The position numbers were made by a program, and so were the translations under genes. From sequence record AP018399.1: a stretch of DNA of 64,000 nt, one strand, 5' to 3'. Positions 39,154 through 48,817 of the stretch are shown one piece after another (position 1 is the first letter of the stretch; each line of letters begins with the position of its first letter). Under the pieces are notes generated by a model, which saw nothing but the letters and a program-made list of their open reading frames with translations, did not search any database and was not told the DNA's origin.

Positions 39154-40054
39154 AGAACTGACCAAGAGCCATATTTAGCTCATGGATATTTCGGATTTGG
39201 TAGACGCCTTCACCTTCCCATGAAGGCTCACCGAATCCAAGTACAAAACTCTTCCAATCGAAGTCAGCCTCAATGGTGTAAGCGTCTACGAATTTCAAAT
39301 TGAATTTCTTGACGGCTTCTTGGATAGAAGACCATCCACCCACAGTCACACCGATACGGAACAGCTTATTGTTCTTGGCATCCGGAACCTGTAGCACGTA
39401 CAGAACCTTGTCGTTGACCACTTCAAGAGCCTGACCAAGAGCGACCTTACACTTCGGACCAAGGAACTCACGCCATGAGAACCAGTCACCGGTTTTGAAG
39501 TAAGCAATGTCAGGACGGTGCGGAATGTCATCCGGGCACTGTCCAGACTTGCAGAACGCGGTCCATGCGGGCACGTTCTCAAACCCCTTACCGTGTACGT
39601 AAGCCTTGGCATCCTTGTATGGACGCCAACTCTTCTTTTTCACGTAAGGGAACGGATTGTTGGTACCAAGGAAATGTCCCCAGCCTTGCCACTTTCCACG
39701 ACGGCGATAGAAGTCTTCCGGAGACTGAGGCATCTTGGCCGGATGATTCATGCGATGCCATGTGGTGTATTCGGCCATCGTGCGGATGCCTTCGGCTTGG
39801 ATGCGCTCTCTGGCTTCCTCGTAACCCAAGTAATCTTCATAGCGACGGCGTTTACGACGCTTCTTGGAACGGTATGTTTCCATGTATTCCTTTCGCTTCT
39901 TTCGGCTCTCGGCCTTTTCTTCTGCGGTCAGGAATGGGCGTCCCATCTTCTTGATTTCACCAGTGTTTACCTTGTTCCGGTACTCAATCATTTCCGGTGA
40001 ACCATCCGATTTAAGTGGATAATTCTTCTGCTTTTTCTTTTGGGAATCTGACAT
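39125..40054 (-). CDS. Putative DNA-binding protein with two phage-integrase-repeat-type units
   Basis: YEEAR...P..PE..Y...G.W.GW..FLG and YKDAK...IP.RPD..Y...G.W.SW..FLG; basic N-terminus. Confidence 0.6.
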   Translation of the reverse strand: MSDSQKKKQKNYPLKSDGSPEMIEYRNKVNTGEIKKMGRPFLTAEEKAESRKKRKEYMETYRSKKRRKRRRYEDYLGYEEARERIQAEGIRTMAEYTTWHRMNHPAKMPQSPEDFYRRRGKWQGWGHFLGTNNPFPYVKKKSWRPYKDAKAYVHGKGFENVPAWTAFCKSGQCPDDIPHRPDIAYFKTGDWFSWREFLGPKCKVALGQALEVVNDKVLYVLQVPDAKNNKLFRIGVTVGGWSSIQEAVKKFNLKFVDAYTIEADFDWKSFVLGFGEPSWEGEGVYQIRNIHELNMALGQFFIPYRQSGT

Positions 40055-40089
40055 AAACCGATAAATAATTATATAATTCTGGGATTGAT

Positions 40090-40458
40090 ATGAGAAAGTT
40101 TAAGACTTGGGCACTGAACGTAGCCGAAGCATTTGACGCATGGCGAATCGTCCCGCGTGCTATGCTGGTTTCGTATGGCTATTTAGTTTGGTCAATGTAT
40201 GTGTGGTATAAGAGCATTCCGCTATACCCACAGATGAAGTGTGACAGCGCCGTTCTGGAAGTCGTACTTGCTCGTGGTGTGAAGCTTGCTCAGGCCGCAG
40301 AAATTGCATGTGGATATATTGGTACGGTCGGTGGGCCGACTAGCGAACAAACCATGTTCGTCACTACCATCACTGGCCTGTCGGCTGGTATCTTCGCTCT
40401 CTACACCACAACGGGTAGAAAGTGGCAGAAAGAAACTGGCGTTGTACCAAAAGAATAA
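40090..40458 (+). CDS. Two-TM membrane protein (holin-like candidate)
   Basis: DAWRIVPR + hydrophobic helix; second helix FVTTITGLSAGIFALY; basic C-terminus; TAAATA at 40062-40067. Confidence 0.5.
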   Translation: MRKFKTWALNVAEAFDAWRIVPRAMLVSYGYLVWSMYVWYKSIPLYPQMKCDSAVLEVVLARGVKLAQAAEIACGYIGTVGGPTSEQTMFVTTITGLSAGIFALYTTTGRKWQKETGVVPKE

Positions 40459-40477
40459 GGGGAGCTTAGCTCCCCTT
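40457..40477. terminator. Bidirectional hairpin terminator
   Basis: AAGGGGAGC-TTA-GCTCCCCTT between convergent genes. Confidence 0.75.
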
Positions 40478-41416
40478 TCTTTTACAACTCAGCATTGGTA
40501 CGTATGAATCCGCTCGTTCTCGGATGGCATTTAGTTCATACTTGCCACAGAATCGCAAGAATTCCATGTAATTGAACTTGCCACGATTTTCGATGGCATC
40601 CGTAATCGTTTCATCAATCAAGTCACGAATGTAATCTGGCTGGGCAGTCAAGTCCATTAGAAGTACATTCTCATCAAACACTTCCTGCGTAACGAACTCG
40701 GTTTCCTGCGGAACGCCATCGTCATCATTCACTAGAACGGTGAACTTGTTCTGCATGATGTTGGTACGAACGAGAGGGTCACGGTACGCTTCTTCAATCT
40801 TCGTCTGACGGATACGTGGATAGGACGACATTACGTTGTCGCCAGTATCGCCACGTAGACACTTCTCAAACATGAAGAAATCAGGGTCGTTGTTGTGTTC
40901 CTCTAGGGTACGTTCCTTGTCTGTCATCGGGTCGATGATTTTCAAATTATTTCTGACAAGTAGCTGCATGAAGTCCTTGTCCGAACTGATTAGGATATGT
41001 TCGTCTTCCGGATGAGCTTGGATGTAGCCTGCAATCAGGTCGTCAGCCTCTAGGTACTTGCGGTGGAGAACCACTACACGAGTACGCTCACGGAACAAGT
41101 CAACGAACTCCTGAATGTGGGAGTCGAACTTCTCCATCTTTTCCTTGTCCGAAGGACTCATGTCCTTACGGCGGGTACCCTTGTACTTCTTGTAGGTAAC
41201 GCACTTAGATAGGTTCTTGGTGTAAGCCTTACGCCAAGAGTAATCATCGAATGCGAGAATCACGTCGTCAGCTTTGGTATTGATGAAATACTTGTTTATG
41301 GTTGACAGAGCGATGTGATGGCACATACCAACGTTCACATCAAGAGCTTCCTTGATGTGAGCGAAGAATGTACGGTACAGAATGTTACTTGCGTCGATGA
41401 CTAGCTTGCGGGCCAT
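40466..41416 (-). CDS. rnh: RNase H / 5'-3' flap exonuclease (T4 rnh-like)
   Basis: LVIDASN, YK..RR, EADDLIA, ISSDKDF.QL, LRGDTGDNV. Confidence 0.9.
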   Translation of the reverse strand: MARKLVIDASNILYRTFFAHIKEALDVNVGMCHHIALSTINKYFINTKADDVILAFDDYSWRKAYTKNLSKCVTYKKYKGTRRKDMSPSDKEKMEKFDSHIQEFVDLFRERTRVVVLHRKYLEADDLIAGYIQAHPEDEHILISSDKDFMQLLVRNNLKIIDPMTDKERTLEEHNNDPDFFMFEKCLRGDTGDNVMSSYPRIRQTKIEEAYRDPLVRTNIMQNKFTVLVNDDDGVPQETEFVTQEVFDENVLLMDLTAQPDYIRDLIDETITDAIENRGKFNYMEFLRFCGKYELNAIRERADSYVPMLSCKRKGS

Positions 41417-42027
41417 TAATGGTATTCCTCTCCGTTGGTGTCTTTCTCAAGAGCAGCCAACCAAGCCTGAACCAGTACGTCATCGGTCGCTCCACGGAAG
41501 CCGTTTAGTCGAAGGTACTTGACAAAAGCAGCGTTCCAGTCCAATTGTAGTTCAATTCGACCATCTTCGTCAATCTTCTCACCAACAACTTCAACCCACG
41601 GTTCAGCAGACAAACGCTTCTTCTCACGTTCTTCTGCAATGACACGCTGACGCTCTTCCTCATCCTGACGAGCAAGGTACGACTGGAAGACTTCCGAGTC
41701 CGTTTCACCCTTGTGACCCTTCTTAATCAAATCCTTGATGAAGGCTTGATTCCAGCGATAACGCTGGTGAATGAAGGTCGCATCCTCGCTACCAATGATT
41801 GGTTCAAACCACGGGGTATTGCTGTCCATCTTTTCTTGTAGAAGCTTGGCCTCTACTTCCTTTCGGATACGCTCTTCTTCGGCAGCACGTTCTTCGGCAG
41901 CAGCAACTTCGGCAAGTCGCTTAGCTTCTGCTTCCTCTTCGAACTTCTGACGTAGTGCGGCGTCACGAGTAGCTTGTTCCGCTACTCGTGTTGCTTCTGA
42001 TTTAAAAATTTCTTTTAGCCAATTCAT
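41416..42027 (-). CDS. Hypothetical protein with coiled coil and duplicated PW..WN.AF domain
   Basis: PWFEP...WNQAFIKDL.K.G..G.TD and PWVEV...WNAAFVKYL...G..G.TD. Confidence 0.7.
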   Translation of the reverse strand: MNWLKEIFKSEATRVAEQATRDAALRQKFEEEAEAKRLAEVAAAEERAAEEERIRKEVEAKLLQEKMDSNTPWFEPIIGSEDATFIHQRYRWNQAFIKDLIKKGHKGETDSEVFQSYLARQDEEERQRVIAEEREKKRLSAEPWVEVVGEKIDEDGRIELQLDWNAAFVKYLRLNGFRGATDDVLVQAWLAALEKDTNGEEYH

Positions 42028-42036
42028 GTGGGTTCC

Positions 42037-42768
42037 TTATACTTCCGGGAACACGTAGGCTGGGATGCCGTTGACTTCAATCTTCATGATTCCACGCTTG
42101 GTCACAACTACGTCTACCGGTGCTTCCTTAGCAGCATCGGAGATTTCCTTGAGAACGGGGAACAGAATCTTGGTCTTGTACGACGCAGCGAAGGTGTCCG
42201 TTGTCATCTTGATATCTAGTCCCGATTCCAACTCGTGAACCAGAGCATCACCCTCGGAAGCCGAAATGGTGTAGTTGACAGTCTGACCGTCCTTGGTGGT
42301 GAAGGTAACCGTGTCAGCCTGCATAGCAGCCTTGGCACTGACCATCATCTTGATATCGTCTGCGGTGAACTGGAAGCCGAAGGCATCAGGGTCTTTGAAC
42401 GCCTTGGGAGCGCGAACCTGAGCCGGGTCAGTACACTTGAAGTCAATCTTTGTCTTATTCTTCTTAAGTTCTAGGCGGAAGACAAATTGCTCTCCGCTGT
42501 CACGCTGCTTATACTCCGGTGTAATGGTGCCATCGGCACCTAGGAGCTTCAAGCGGGCCTTGAGAACAGGAACACGACCGATACCCATAGAACCGAAGTC
42601 TAGTTCAGTTCCGTCCGGGAACGGCAGCAGCATGAGCGTGCCGTTATCCTGAGACTCGCCACGGAGCGAAAGGTTGTCAATAACCAATCGCTCAATGCCG
42701 AGCATCGTTGCTGTATCAATTGCGTCTTGTAGAAGGGTCAAGGTGCCCTTTCCAAATGGTTTACTCAT
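42037..42768 (-). CDS. Probable DNA sliding clamp (gp45-like)
   Basis: 243 aa directly downstream of the polymerase; two-domain alpha/beta pattern; size and synteny only. Confidence 0.5.
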   Translation of the reverse strand: MSKPFGKGTLTLLQDAIDTATMLGIERLVIDNLSLRGESQDNGTLMLLPFPDGTELDFGSMGIGRVPVLKARLKLLGADGTITPEYKQRDSGEQFVFRLELKKNKTKIDFKCTDPAQVRAPKAFKDPDAFGFQFTADDIKMMVSAKAAMQADTVTFTTKDGQTVNYTISASEGDALVHELESGLDIKMTTDTFAASYKTKILFPVLKEISDAAKEAPVDVVVTKRGIMKIEVNGIPAYVFPEV

Positions 42769-42782
42769 CTAAATTTATTTCC

Positions 42783-45431
42783 TTAATATTCCACAAGGGA
42801 ATCAAACAGCAGCGACTTTCTAGTTGGAATACGTTCGCCAATAGCGCCAAGTATATGCTTAAGTGGGCTATCAATCAAGCGCAAGCCTTGTGCATCGCGG
42901 TCAATCAGGTGTTCGAAGTGTTCCGAGAACCACGGTGGCAGCTTCTTGGTATCCGTTGGAAGTGCAATGCTCTTGAATTGACCAAACTTCTCAGTTAGAT
43001 AGAAGGTCTTAATCTTTGAGCCTGACACAATCTTTTGGGATTCCTTGTCACCGTAGTGTTCCAGACAGGTGTTATAGAAAATCGACGCCGATACGTGGCC
43101 CGGTAGACGGAGGTCTGGTTCCTTACGCTTCCAGCGGTCGGTGTAGTCCTCAATACCCTTGATGCCCTTCGGAAGACCCATGTCCATGATATCCGTGGAC
43201 GCTAGAATTTCTTCCTTATATTCGACAATCTCTTCCTGAATGGTTCGCCAGTCATCACCCTTCAACAGACGTTCGATGAACTTGGTGAGCTTGATACCAA
43301 TCGGCTTCGGAATGTTGGTCTTCTTAATCTGTAGACCCATCACCTTCATCTTGTCCACATCGTTGTCTTCGAAGTAGTCAAGGTGCATGATGTACATCTT
43401 CGGCTTGATGAAGATTGAGCGTGACGAAATCAAGTCCAAACCGGCCTTAATGACGTTGTTGTCCGAGTTGAATGCTTCCTTGCAGAAGCCGGGGAACGAA
43501 GCGTTCGTCTTCTTCTCGACTAGGGCACAAATCTTCTTGGCTTCTTCCACTGATTCCGCATAGGTCTTGAAGTAACACGAGTCAGTGTCACCGTAGACGA
43601 TACATTCGGAGCTTGGTAGGAACCACGTATCACCATCCACAATCTGCTTCTCTGGCGGCGAGTACACGCCATCCATTAGCTGGGCAATATAAGCAATCAT
43701 GTGCATCAACACTTCACGGCCAGAACGAGTAGTCGATTCAGCCAGTCGAATGTCAAAGAACTTGAAATACTTGTTACCAAGCGCACCATAAGCCGAGTTC
43801 AGTAGAATCTTGTAGACGTACTGTAGGCGGTAGTAGTATTCGAACTTGGTATTGGCTTCGTTGTATTCCTTGGAACCCTTTGGTAGTTCCTTGGCCTTAG
43901 CCTTCCATTCCTTCGCGGTAGCCTGATATTCCTTACGCAGCTTGTACCACATCGCCAGAATCGTAGGTAGGAAACCCTGCGAGTCCTGATTGAACACGGT
44001 GCCGTAGCCGCTTAGGGTGAAGTTTTGCTCACGGAAGTAGTCGTACCACTCAGCCGCAGTCTTGATTTCCACTTCACCATCTTCGGTACGGAAGTACAAT
44101 TCCGCACTGGACTTGGCAAAGATTTCTTCATAAGCACGGTGGTTTTCGAAGAACTGACCCACAATCTTTTCTGGGCTGATGTTCACGGTACGAATGGCAG
44201 ACGGGTACAGCGAGTTCACGTCAAGAGCCGCGACACGCTCATGCATACCGACACGAGGCTTCAACACCGCCGCACCAGTAAACTTGCCCATGCTCATGTC
44301 CACTTCCTTCTTGGAGTCAGGGACAATCTTGTTCATTTCGTAGTGACAGAAGTTGATGATAGCGTTTTCTACTACCTTCAACGTACCCATCACGTTCTTC
44401 AAGTGAGTTGTTGAACCGTGCGTCATCTGCACAGCCAGACGGATGTAGCCTAGCTTCTTCTCAAAGCCGTCTAGACACTCTGAGTCTCGGATACCGTATC
44501 GAACGAAGTGTTCGAAGTCGTTGCGGTACAGCGAGTACAGGGTGCCTTCGTAATCCAGCTTCTTCAACTCAGGTAGGATTTCTTCTGAAATCGCATCTAG
44601 AGTGTAGGATGGACGCATGGACATTTCGAACTTCTGGAATGCCTTGAGGTAGTCAACATGCTCACGACCATAGATTTCCAGAACTTGGTCAATCTGGCCG
44701 AACTTACCTTCGACTTCCTTGTAGCGTGGCTCACGGGCTTCATCAAAGCACCACAGCTTCTTCGCACGGTCGCCCCATAGACGCAAGCAACGCTCATAGA
44801 CATACGGAACGTCGAAGCCTTCGGAGTTCCAGCCTGCGATAATGTCGGTGTCTTGGATTAGCTCAAAGAACTTAAGTAGAAGCTCTTCTTCGGATTCGAA
44901 GAATTGGATATCGGCCATAGCACGGGTTTCCGGCGATAGCATATCGACGGTCCATTCCGGTCCGGGATTCCATTGGCTTAGGTGTGGAGACACTAGCAGC
45001 ATGTACGACTTCTGGGACCAGAAGTGGAACAGGGAGATAGCATTCACAGGAGCGTAAGGATTCTGCGGGCTTGAGAAGCCCTGTTCCTTGTCGTAGTCAA
45101 CTTCGATATCGAAGAACGAGATATGCGAGTCAACTGTGTTTTCCTTCCCGTAGTAATGCTCGGAAAGAATCTTCTGGTCAACGGCAATATCCGACTCATA
45201 CACCTTCTCACCAAAATTCAAGTAGCGGTCACGCTTTTCCTTGAATGAGTTGTAGTCGGCGAAGTCGAGACGACGCAGCTTATTGTCGTGAATATCGGAG
45301 TATTCACCATCCTCGTCTTGCACGTAAAAATAATAAGGGGCCGGGTAGCGTTTAGTTACCCGGCCTGCCTTCGTGCGCTCCCAAACGAGGACTTCCTTCA
45401 TATTGGGTGTTACTTGTGCGCTGATGTACAT
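42783..45431 (-). CDS. gp43: Family B DNA polymerase
   Basis: Exo FFDIEV, GWNSEGFDVPY, YGIRDS; Pol DVNSLYPS, KILLNSAYG, YGDTDS. Confidence 0.97.
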   Translation of the reverse strand: MYISAQVTPNMKEVLVWERTKAGRVTKRYPAPYYFYVQDEDGEYSDIHDNKLRRLDFADYNSFKEKRDRYLNFGEKVYESDIAVDQKILSEHYYGKENTVDSHISFFDIEVDYDKEQGFSSPQNPYAPVNAISLFHFWSQKSYMLLVSPHLSQWNPGPEWTVDMLSPETRAMADIQFFESEEELLLKFFELIQDTDIIAGWNSEGFDVPYVYERCLRLWGDRAKKLWCFDEAREPRYKEVEGKFGQIDQVLEIYGREHVDYLKAFQKFEMSMRPSYTLDAISEEILPELKKLDYEGTLYSLYRNDFEHFVRYGIRDSECLDGFEKKLGYIRLAVQMTHGSTTHLKNVMGTLKVVENAIINFCHYEMNKIVPDSKKEVDMSMGKFTGAAVLKPRVGMHERVAALDVNSLYPSAIRTVNISPEKIVGQFFENHRAYEEIFAKSSAELYFRTEDGEVEIKTAAEWYDYFREQNFTLSGYGTVFNQDSQGFLPTILAMWYKLRKEYQATAKEWKAKAKELPKGSKEYNEANTKFEYYYRLQYVYKILLNSAYGALGNKYFKFFDIRLAESTTRSGREVLMHMIAYIAQLMDGVYSPPEKQIVDGDTWFLPSSECIVYGDTDSCYFKTYAESVEEAKKICALVEKKTNASFPGFCKEAFNSDNNVIKAGLDLISSRSIFIKPKMYIMHLDYFEDNDVDKMKVMGLQIKKTNIPKPIGIKLTKFIERLLKGDDWRTIQEEIVEYKEEILASTDIMDMGLPKGIKGIEDYTDRWKRKEPDLRLPGHVSASIFYNTCLEHYGDKESQKIVSGSKIKTFYLTEKFGQFKSIALPTDTKKLPPWFSEHFEHLIDRDAQGLRLIDSPLKHILGAIGERIPTRKSLLFDSLVEY

Positions 45432-45439
45432 TTAAAGTA

Positions 45440-45766
45440 TTATTCCTCTTCTGATTCGTCCCCAGCCGAATCATCCGCACGGAATAGAGTCTGGTAGGCA
45501 ATTTCGAACGACTCGTTTTCGATTGACTGCTTTTCGAATTCGTTACCGCGTTCATCGTCCTTCAACGAGATAGCAGCCATCTTCTTGGCGACCTTCGGCG
45601 GAACTTCTAGTTCTTCCTTCAAGCGCTGTTCGATAGCCTTGATGTGTTCCTTTGCGGAACTGATTGCGATAAGCTGTACCTTGATTTCCTCAATACCATC
45701 CTTGATGGCCTTGCGGTCCTTCGGGTTGCTCGGTAGAACGTATTCGTTTGTAGATTCAATAGTCAT
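45440..45766 (-). CDS. DsbA-like dsDNA-binding protein
   Basis: Helical RKAIKDGIEEI...IKAIEQRLKEELEVP.K..KKM pattern, acidic tail. Confidence 0.5.
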   Translation of the reverse strand: MTIESTNEYVLPSNPKDRKAIKDGIEEIKVQLIAISSAKEHIKAIEQRLKEELEVPPKVAKKMAAISLKDDERGNEFEKQSIENESFEIAYQTLFRADDSAGDESEEE

Positions 45767-45828
45767 TTGGGTTGTCCTTGTTGGTTAGGTCCGACAAGAA
45801 TACAACTCAAATTATAATTATCAACTGG

Positions 45829-46437
45829 TCAATCGAACCAAGTCTTATAATTGCCCGGAAACTTATTCATATCGTATTTGTACGGGTCCATTGCAACCAA
45901 TTGAAAGCGAATTTGATAGGTATCCCCAATCTTGGGACTGATTGTAGAATTGACGAAATTGGGGGCGCTTGGGAAGACGATGAGACGGCCACGGGCCGGA
46001 GGAAAGCCGAACTGATGGTTCGGGAACTGCAACTTGGTGCCGTAAACTTCAAACAAATCATCGAAGTTACGTTCTGTGCTATCATCCTTCAAGAAGATGA
46101 CACCGGTAAAGTCATGGTCGTTGACACGCTGCCACTTACCGTCCTTCACCATGCTGTTTTCAGCACGGATACCTTCCTGCTTACAGTTTTCCGGGTAATA
46201 CTCAATGCTGAGCGGAAGGATGCCACCATGTTCAAATCCAAAGTAGCTTTCTAGCTCTGGAATGATATCCTCCAAGTACGGTAGGATACGGTTTTGGGTT
46301 AGTAGATTCTGGGTGGTGGATTTAACCGGGACGCCATTGACGGTGTTTGGAAACTCAAAGTATGAGCGATTAATAATGTCCTCGCACTCTAGTGGTGAGA
46401 GGAATTCGTCCATGACGAAGAAGGGCGGTTTATTCAT
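45829..46437 (-). CDS. 2OG-Fe(II) oxygenase (prolyl-4-hydroxylase-like) fold with non-canonical metal ligands
   Basis: VMDEFLSPLEC, DFTGVIFLKD, G.KLQF, PARGRLIVFPS; HxD...H appear as RxE...N. Confidence 0.6.
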   Translation of the reverse strand: MNKPPFFVMDEFLSPLECEDIINRSYFEFPNTVNGVPVKSTTQNLLTQNRILPYLEDIIPELESYFGFEHGGILPLSIEYYPENCKQEGIRAENSMVKDGKWQRVNDHDFTGVIFLKDDSTERNFDDLFEVYGTKLQFPNHQFGFPPARGRLIVFPSAPNFVNSTISPKIGDTYQIRFQLVAMDPYKYDMNKFPGNYKTWFD

Positions 46438-46897
46438 TGGTTGATAGTGTTTTCGGATTCAACAGCATTATATAGTCCGAGTCACTATCGTGTGTCTTCT
46501 TCAACTTGAATGGAACGTTGCTGTGGTCTTTCTCATTCAGCATGACGTTCAGGTAGATAGTCGGGCCATCTTCCGACTCACATACGTTTGTGTAGATAGT
46601 TCTACCGAGAACTGTGACCTTCCCGGTAGAACATGCCATTGGAACGCTATCGTAGTCTTCCACGTATAGTACGTTCTCTGTTAGGGCTTCGTCAATCCCC
46701 GCCTTGATGGTAGGAGCGTCGGAGAATGACTTGATGCTTACAGCACCTTCAAATACATTAAAACTGACAGGAACCTCTACGGCCGGAACATTGTCCTCGA
46801 CCGAGATTGGCTTGAAAGTGATTTCAAATGATTTGAGACGGTCTTCACCAATGATGCTGACGTACTCAATTAGTTCCTGTGTATTTGAAAATTTCAT
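46430..46897 (-). CDS. Hypothetical protein
   Basis: 155-aa ORF overlapping both neighbours. Confidence 0.7.
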   Translation of the reverse strand: MKFSNTQELIEYVSIIGEDRLKSFEITFKPISVEDNVPAVEVPVSFNVFEGAVSIKSFSDAPTIKAGIDEALTENVLYVEDYDSVPMACSTGKVTVLGRTIYTNVCESEDGPTIYLNVMLNEKDHSNVPFKLKKTHDSDSDYIMLLNPKTLSTNE

Positions 46898-48300
46898 GCT
46901 GGTGGATTTGCCTGCTGACCCTGTTGCTGGTTGCCCTGCTGGCCGTTAGGCTGTTGCTGCTGACCACGCTGATTCGGCTGCTGTTGCTGCTGTTGATTTG
47001 GATTCTGTTCCTGCTGACCCTTCTCACGCTGCTGCTTGGCATAGATTTCGCGGGCACGGGCTGAACGCATACGAGCCTGTAGCTCACGCATTTCATTTGC
47101 CTGCTGCTGGTTCTTGTATGCACGAGTTGCCATGTCATCGTTCGGGAACACTTCCCACTTCTGTGGTAGAGCGGCCATCAACTTACGTACAAGAGCAACG
47201 GTTTCACCACTGTCGCTTTCATTAACGCCAAAGCTTGAAGTCTGTTGGACGCGATACTTGGCAATGTCGGCTAGCTTCTTGGCCTGCTTTTCCTGAGCCT
47301 TCTGCTTTTCCATGTCAGCTTCCATACGGGCAAGCTCTTCCTGCTGGGCTACGGTAGCCTGTGCAGCACGGGCAGAGTATTCGGCTTGGTCAGCACGATA
47401 CTTTTCAGCTTCGGCGTTAGCCTTGGCAGTTTCAGCTTCGGCCTGAGCCTTTAGCATGTCCAGAACGCGGTCAAGGATTGAACCTTCATCGGCTGGTGGC
47501 TCTTCAAAGCCTTCAACGCCTTCGGCATCACCTTCTGGTTCCAGAGCATCTAGCTCTCCACCCGGCTCACCTTCACCACCCATTGCATCGCCTTCTAGGT
47601 CATCAATACCTTCACCAGAAATGTCATTCAAATCCATTCGGTCCTTACCGTTGGCAACCGGACCTAGGTCGTCTTCACCTTCCATTCCACCCGGAGCGCC
47701 AATGTCACCACCTTGGTCAAGGTTGGTCTGGTCGTCGGTAACTTGGTCGTTTGCTGGCATCTGGCTAGCAGGCTGCACAGTAGCTTGGTCGGCGTTGTAC
47801 ACTACGTCGGTAGGAATCTTAGGGAATTCTACGTCGATAATGTCGAACTTGTCCTTTAGGTTGTAAAGTAGTTCGGCCATCGACACATCCTTACCCTGTT
47901 CACCAGTAACGGAGAATGCTTCAATGTCGGCTAGCTCATGAGCTAGAACCGCTTCGAATTCGGCAGCTTGGTCCTTGCGGACCGTGACCTTCATGATGTT
48001 ACCTTCGTCGTCTTCAACACCGTAGGTTACGTTGTCACGCGGCTCGACTGACTTACCTTCAATACCACGTAGACGTGATAGTACGTCCTGTAGGTCAAAG
48101 GCTTCGCCTAGACGAATCGGGAACGGAGTTACAGGAGCGAACTTGTAGCGGTTGACTACACGCTTCTGGAACTTACGTAGGTAATCTTGTAGGCTACGAC
48201 GCTGCTTGCCGGAAATACCCGGACCGTCAGTACGAACAGCGACGCCACCGGCACCCGTTGCACCGCCGCCTGCTGTCTCGTTTAGCTTCTGCTTAGTCAT
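46894..48300 (-). CDS. Putative prohead core/scaffold-like protein
   Basis: Acidic Gly-rich middle, long coiled coil, Gln-rich tail, LxE motifs; exact TATAAATA at 48328-48335. Confidence 0.45.
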   Translation of the reverse strand: MTKQKLNETAGGGATGAGGVAVRTDGPGISGKQRRSLQDYLRKFQKRVVNRYKFAPVTPFPIRLGEAFDLQDVLSRLRGIEGKSVEPRDNVTYGVEDDEGNIMKVTVRKDQAAEFEAVLAHELADIEAFSVTGEQGKDVSMAELLYNLKDKFDIIDVEFPKIPTDVVYNADQATVQPASQMPANDQVTDDQTNLDQGGDIGAPGGMEGEDDLGPVANGKDRMDLNDISGEGIDDLEGDAMGGEGEPGGELDALEPEGDAEGVEGFEEPPADEGSILDRVLDMLKAQAEAETAKANAEAEKYRADQAEYSARAAQATVAQQEELARMEADMEKQKAQEKQAKKLADIAKYRVQQTSSFGVNESDSGETVALVRKLMAALPQKWEVFPNDDMATRAYKNQQQANEMRELQARMRSARAREIYAKQQREKGQQEQNPNQQQQQQPNQRGQQQQPNGQQGNQQQGQQANPPA

Positions 48301-48337
48301 GGAATGAGGAACCCTTTATGTATTAGGTATTTATAAC

Positions 48338-48817
48338 TTATTTCCGAAAAATGCTCTTTTCTGACAGTACAGAGAACTTGACGTTGTTCTGTTGGCACCA
48401 ATTATTGGCTGCGGTGAACTTTGCCATGTTGACAATGTACTGCATATTTTCAAATGCCTTGGTGGCACTGTTCCTTGCTCGCGATGCTCGGGTGAACTTT
48501 TCGGGCTTTACTTCAATCAATTCTTTAATCAAACTACCTTCACGGTCCACGTATTCTACGTACAGGTCCGGGAAGTAACGGGCAGGCTTGTACCCACCCG
48601 GAAACGGCTTCATGTAAGGGATGGCAATTTCTTCCGACCCCCACCTTAAAACATTTGGATTGTTGTCGCAGAACTGAAACACCCGCAATTCCCATGAGGA
48701 ACGGATGATGATATTGTCCGCATCACCCATGTATTTCTCAGGGTGATTGGGTCGGAATCGCTTCTTGTCGTCGTCTGCTGTTGAGACTTTTGTCTTTTTA
48801 ACTAATCTAGTTGCCAT
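48338..48817 (-). CDS. gp4: Head completion nuclease (T4 gp4 / TnsA-N fold)
   Basis: FRP.HPEKY.GD...I..RSSWE...CD.NPNVLRWGSEEIAIPY, YFPD, LIEVKP. Confidence 0.88.
   Translation of the reverse strand: MATRLVKKTKVSTADDDKKRFRPNHPEKYMGDADNIIIRSSWELRVFQFCDNNPNVLRWGSEEIAIPYMKPFPGGYKPARYFPDLYVEYVDREGSLIKELIEVKPEKFTRASRARNSATKAFENMQYIVNMAKFTAANNWCQQNNVKFSVLSEKSIFRK

Noticed and set aside
39125-40054. Integrase / prophage boundary
   Set aside because: Only the repeat unit is present; no tyrosine or serine recombinase catalytic motifs or att site
48338-48817. Tn7-like transposon (TnsA fold)
   Set aside because: Matches T4 gp4 head-completion protein in a structural context; no tnsB/C or transposon ends
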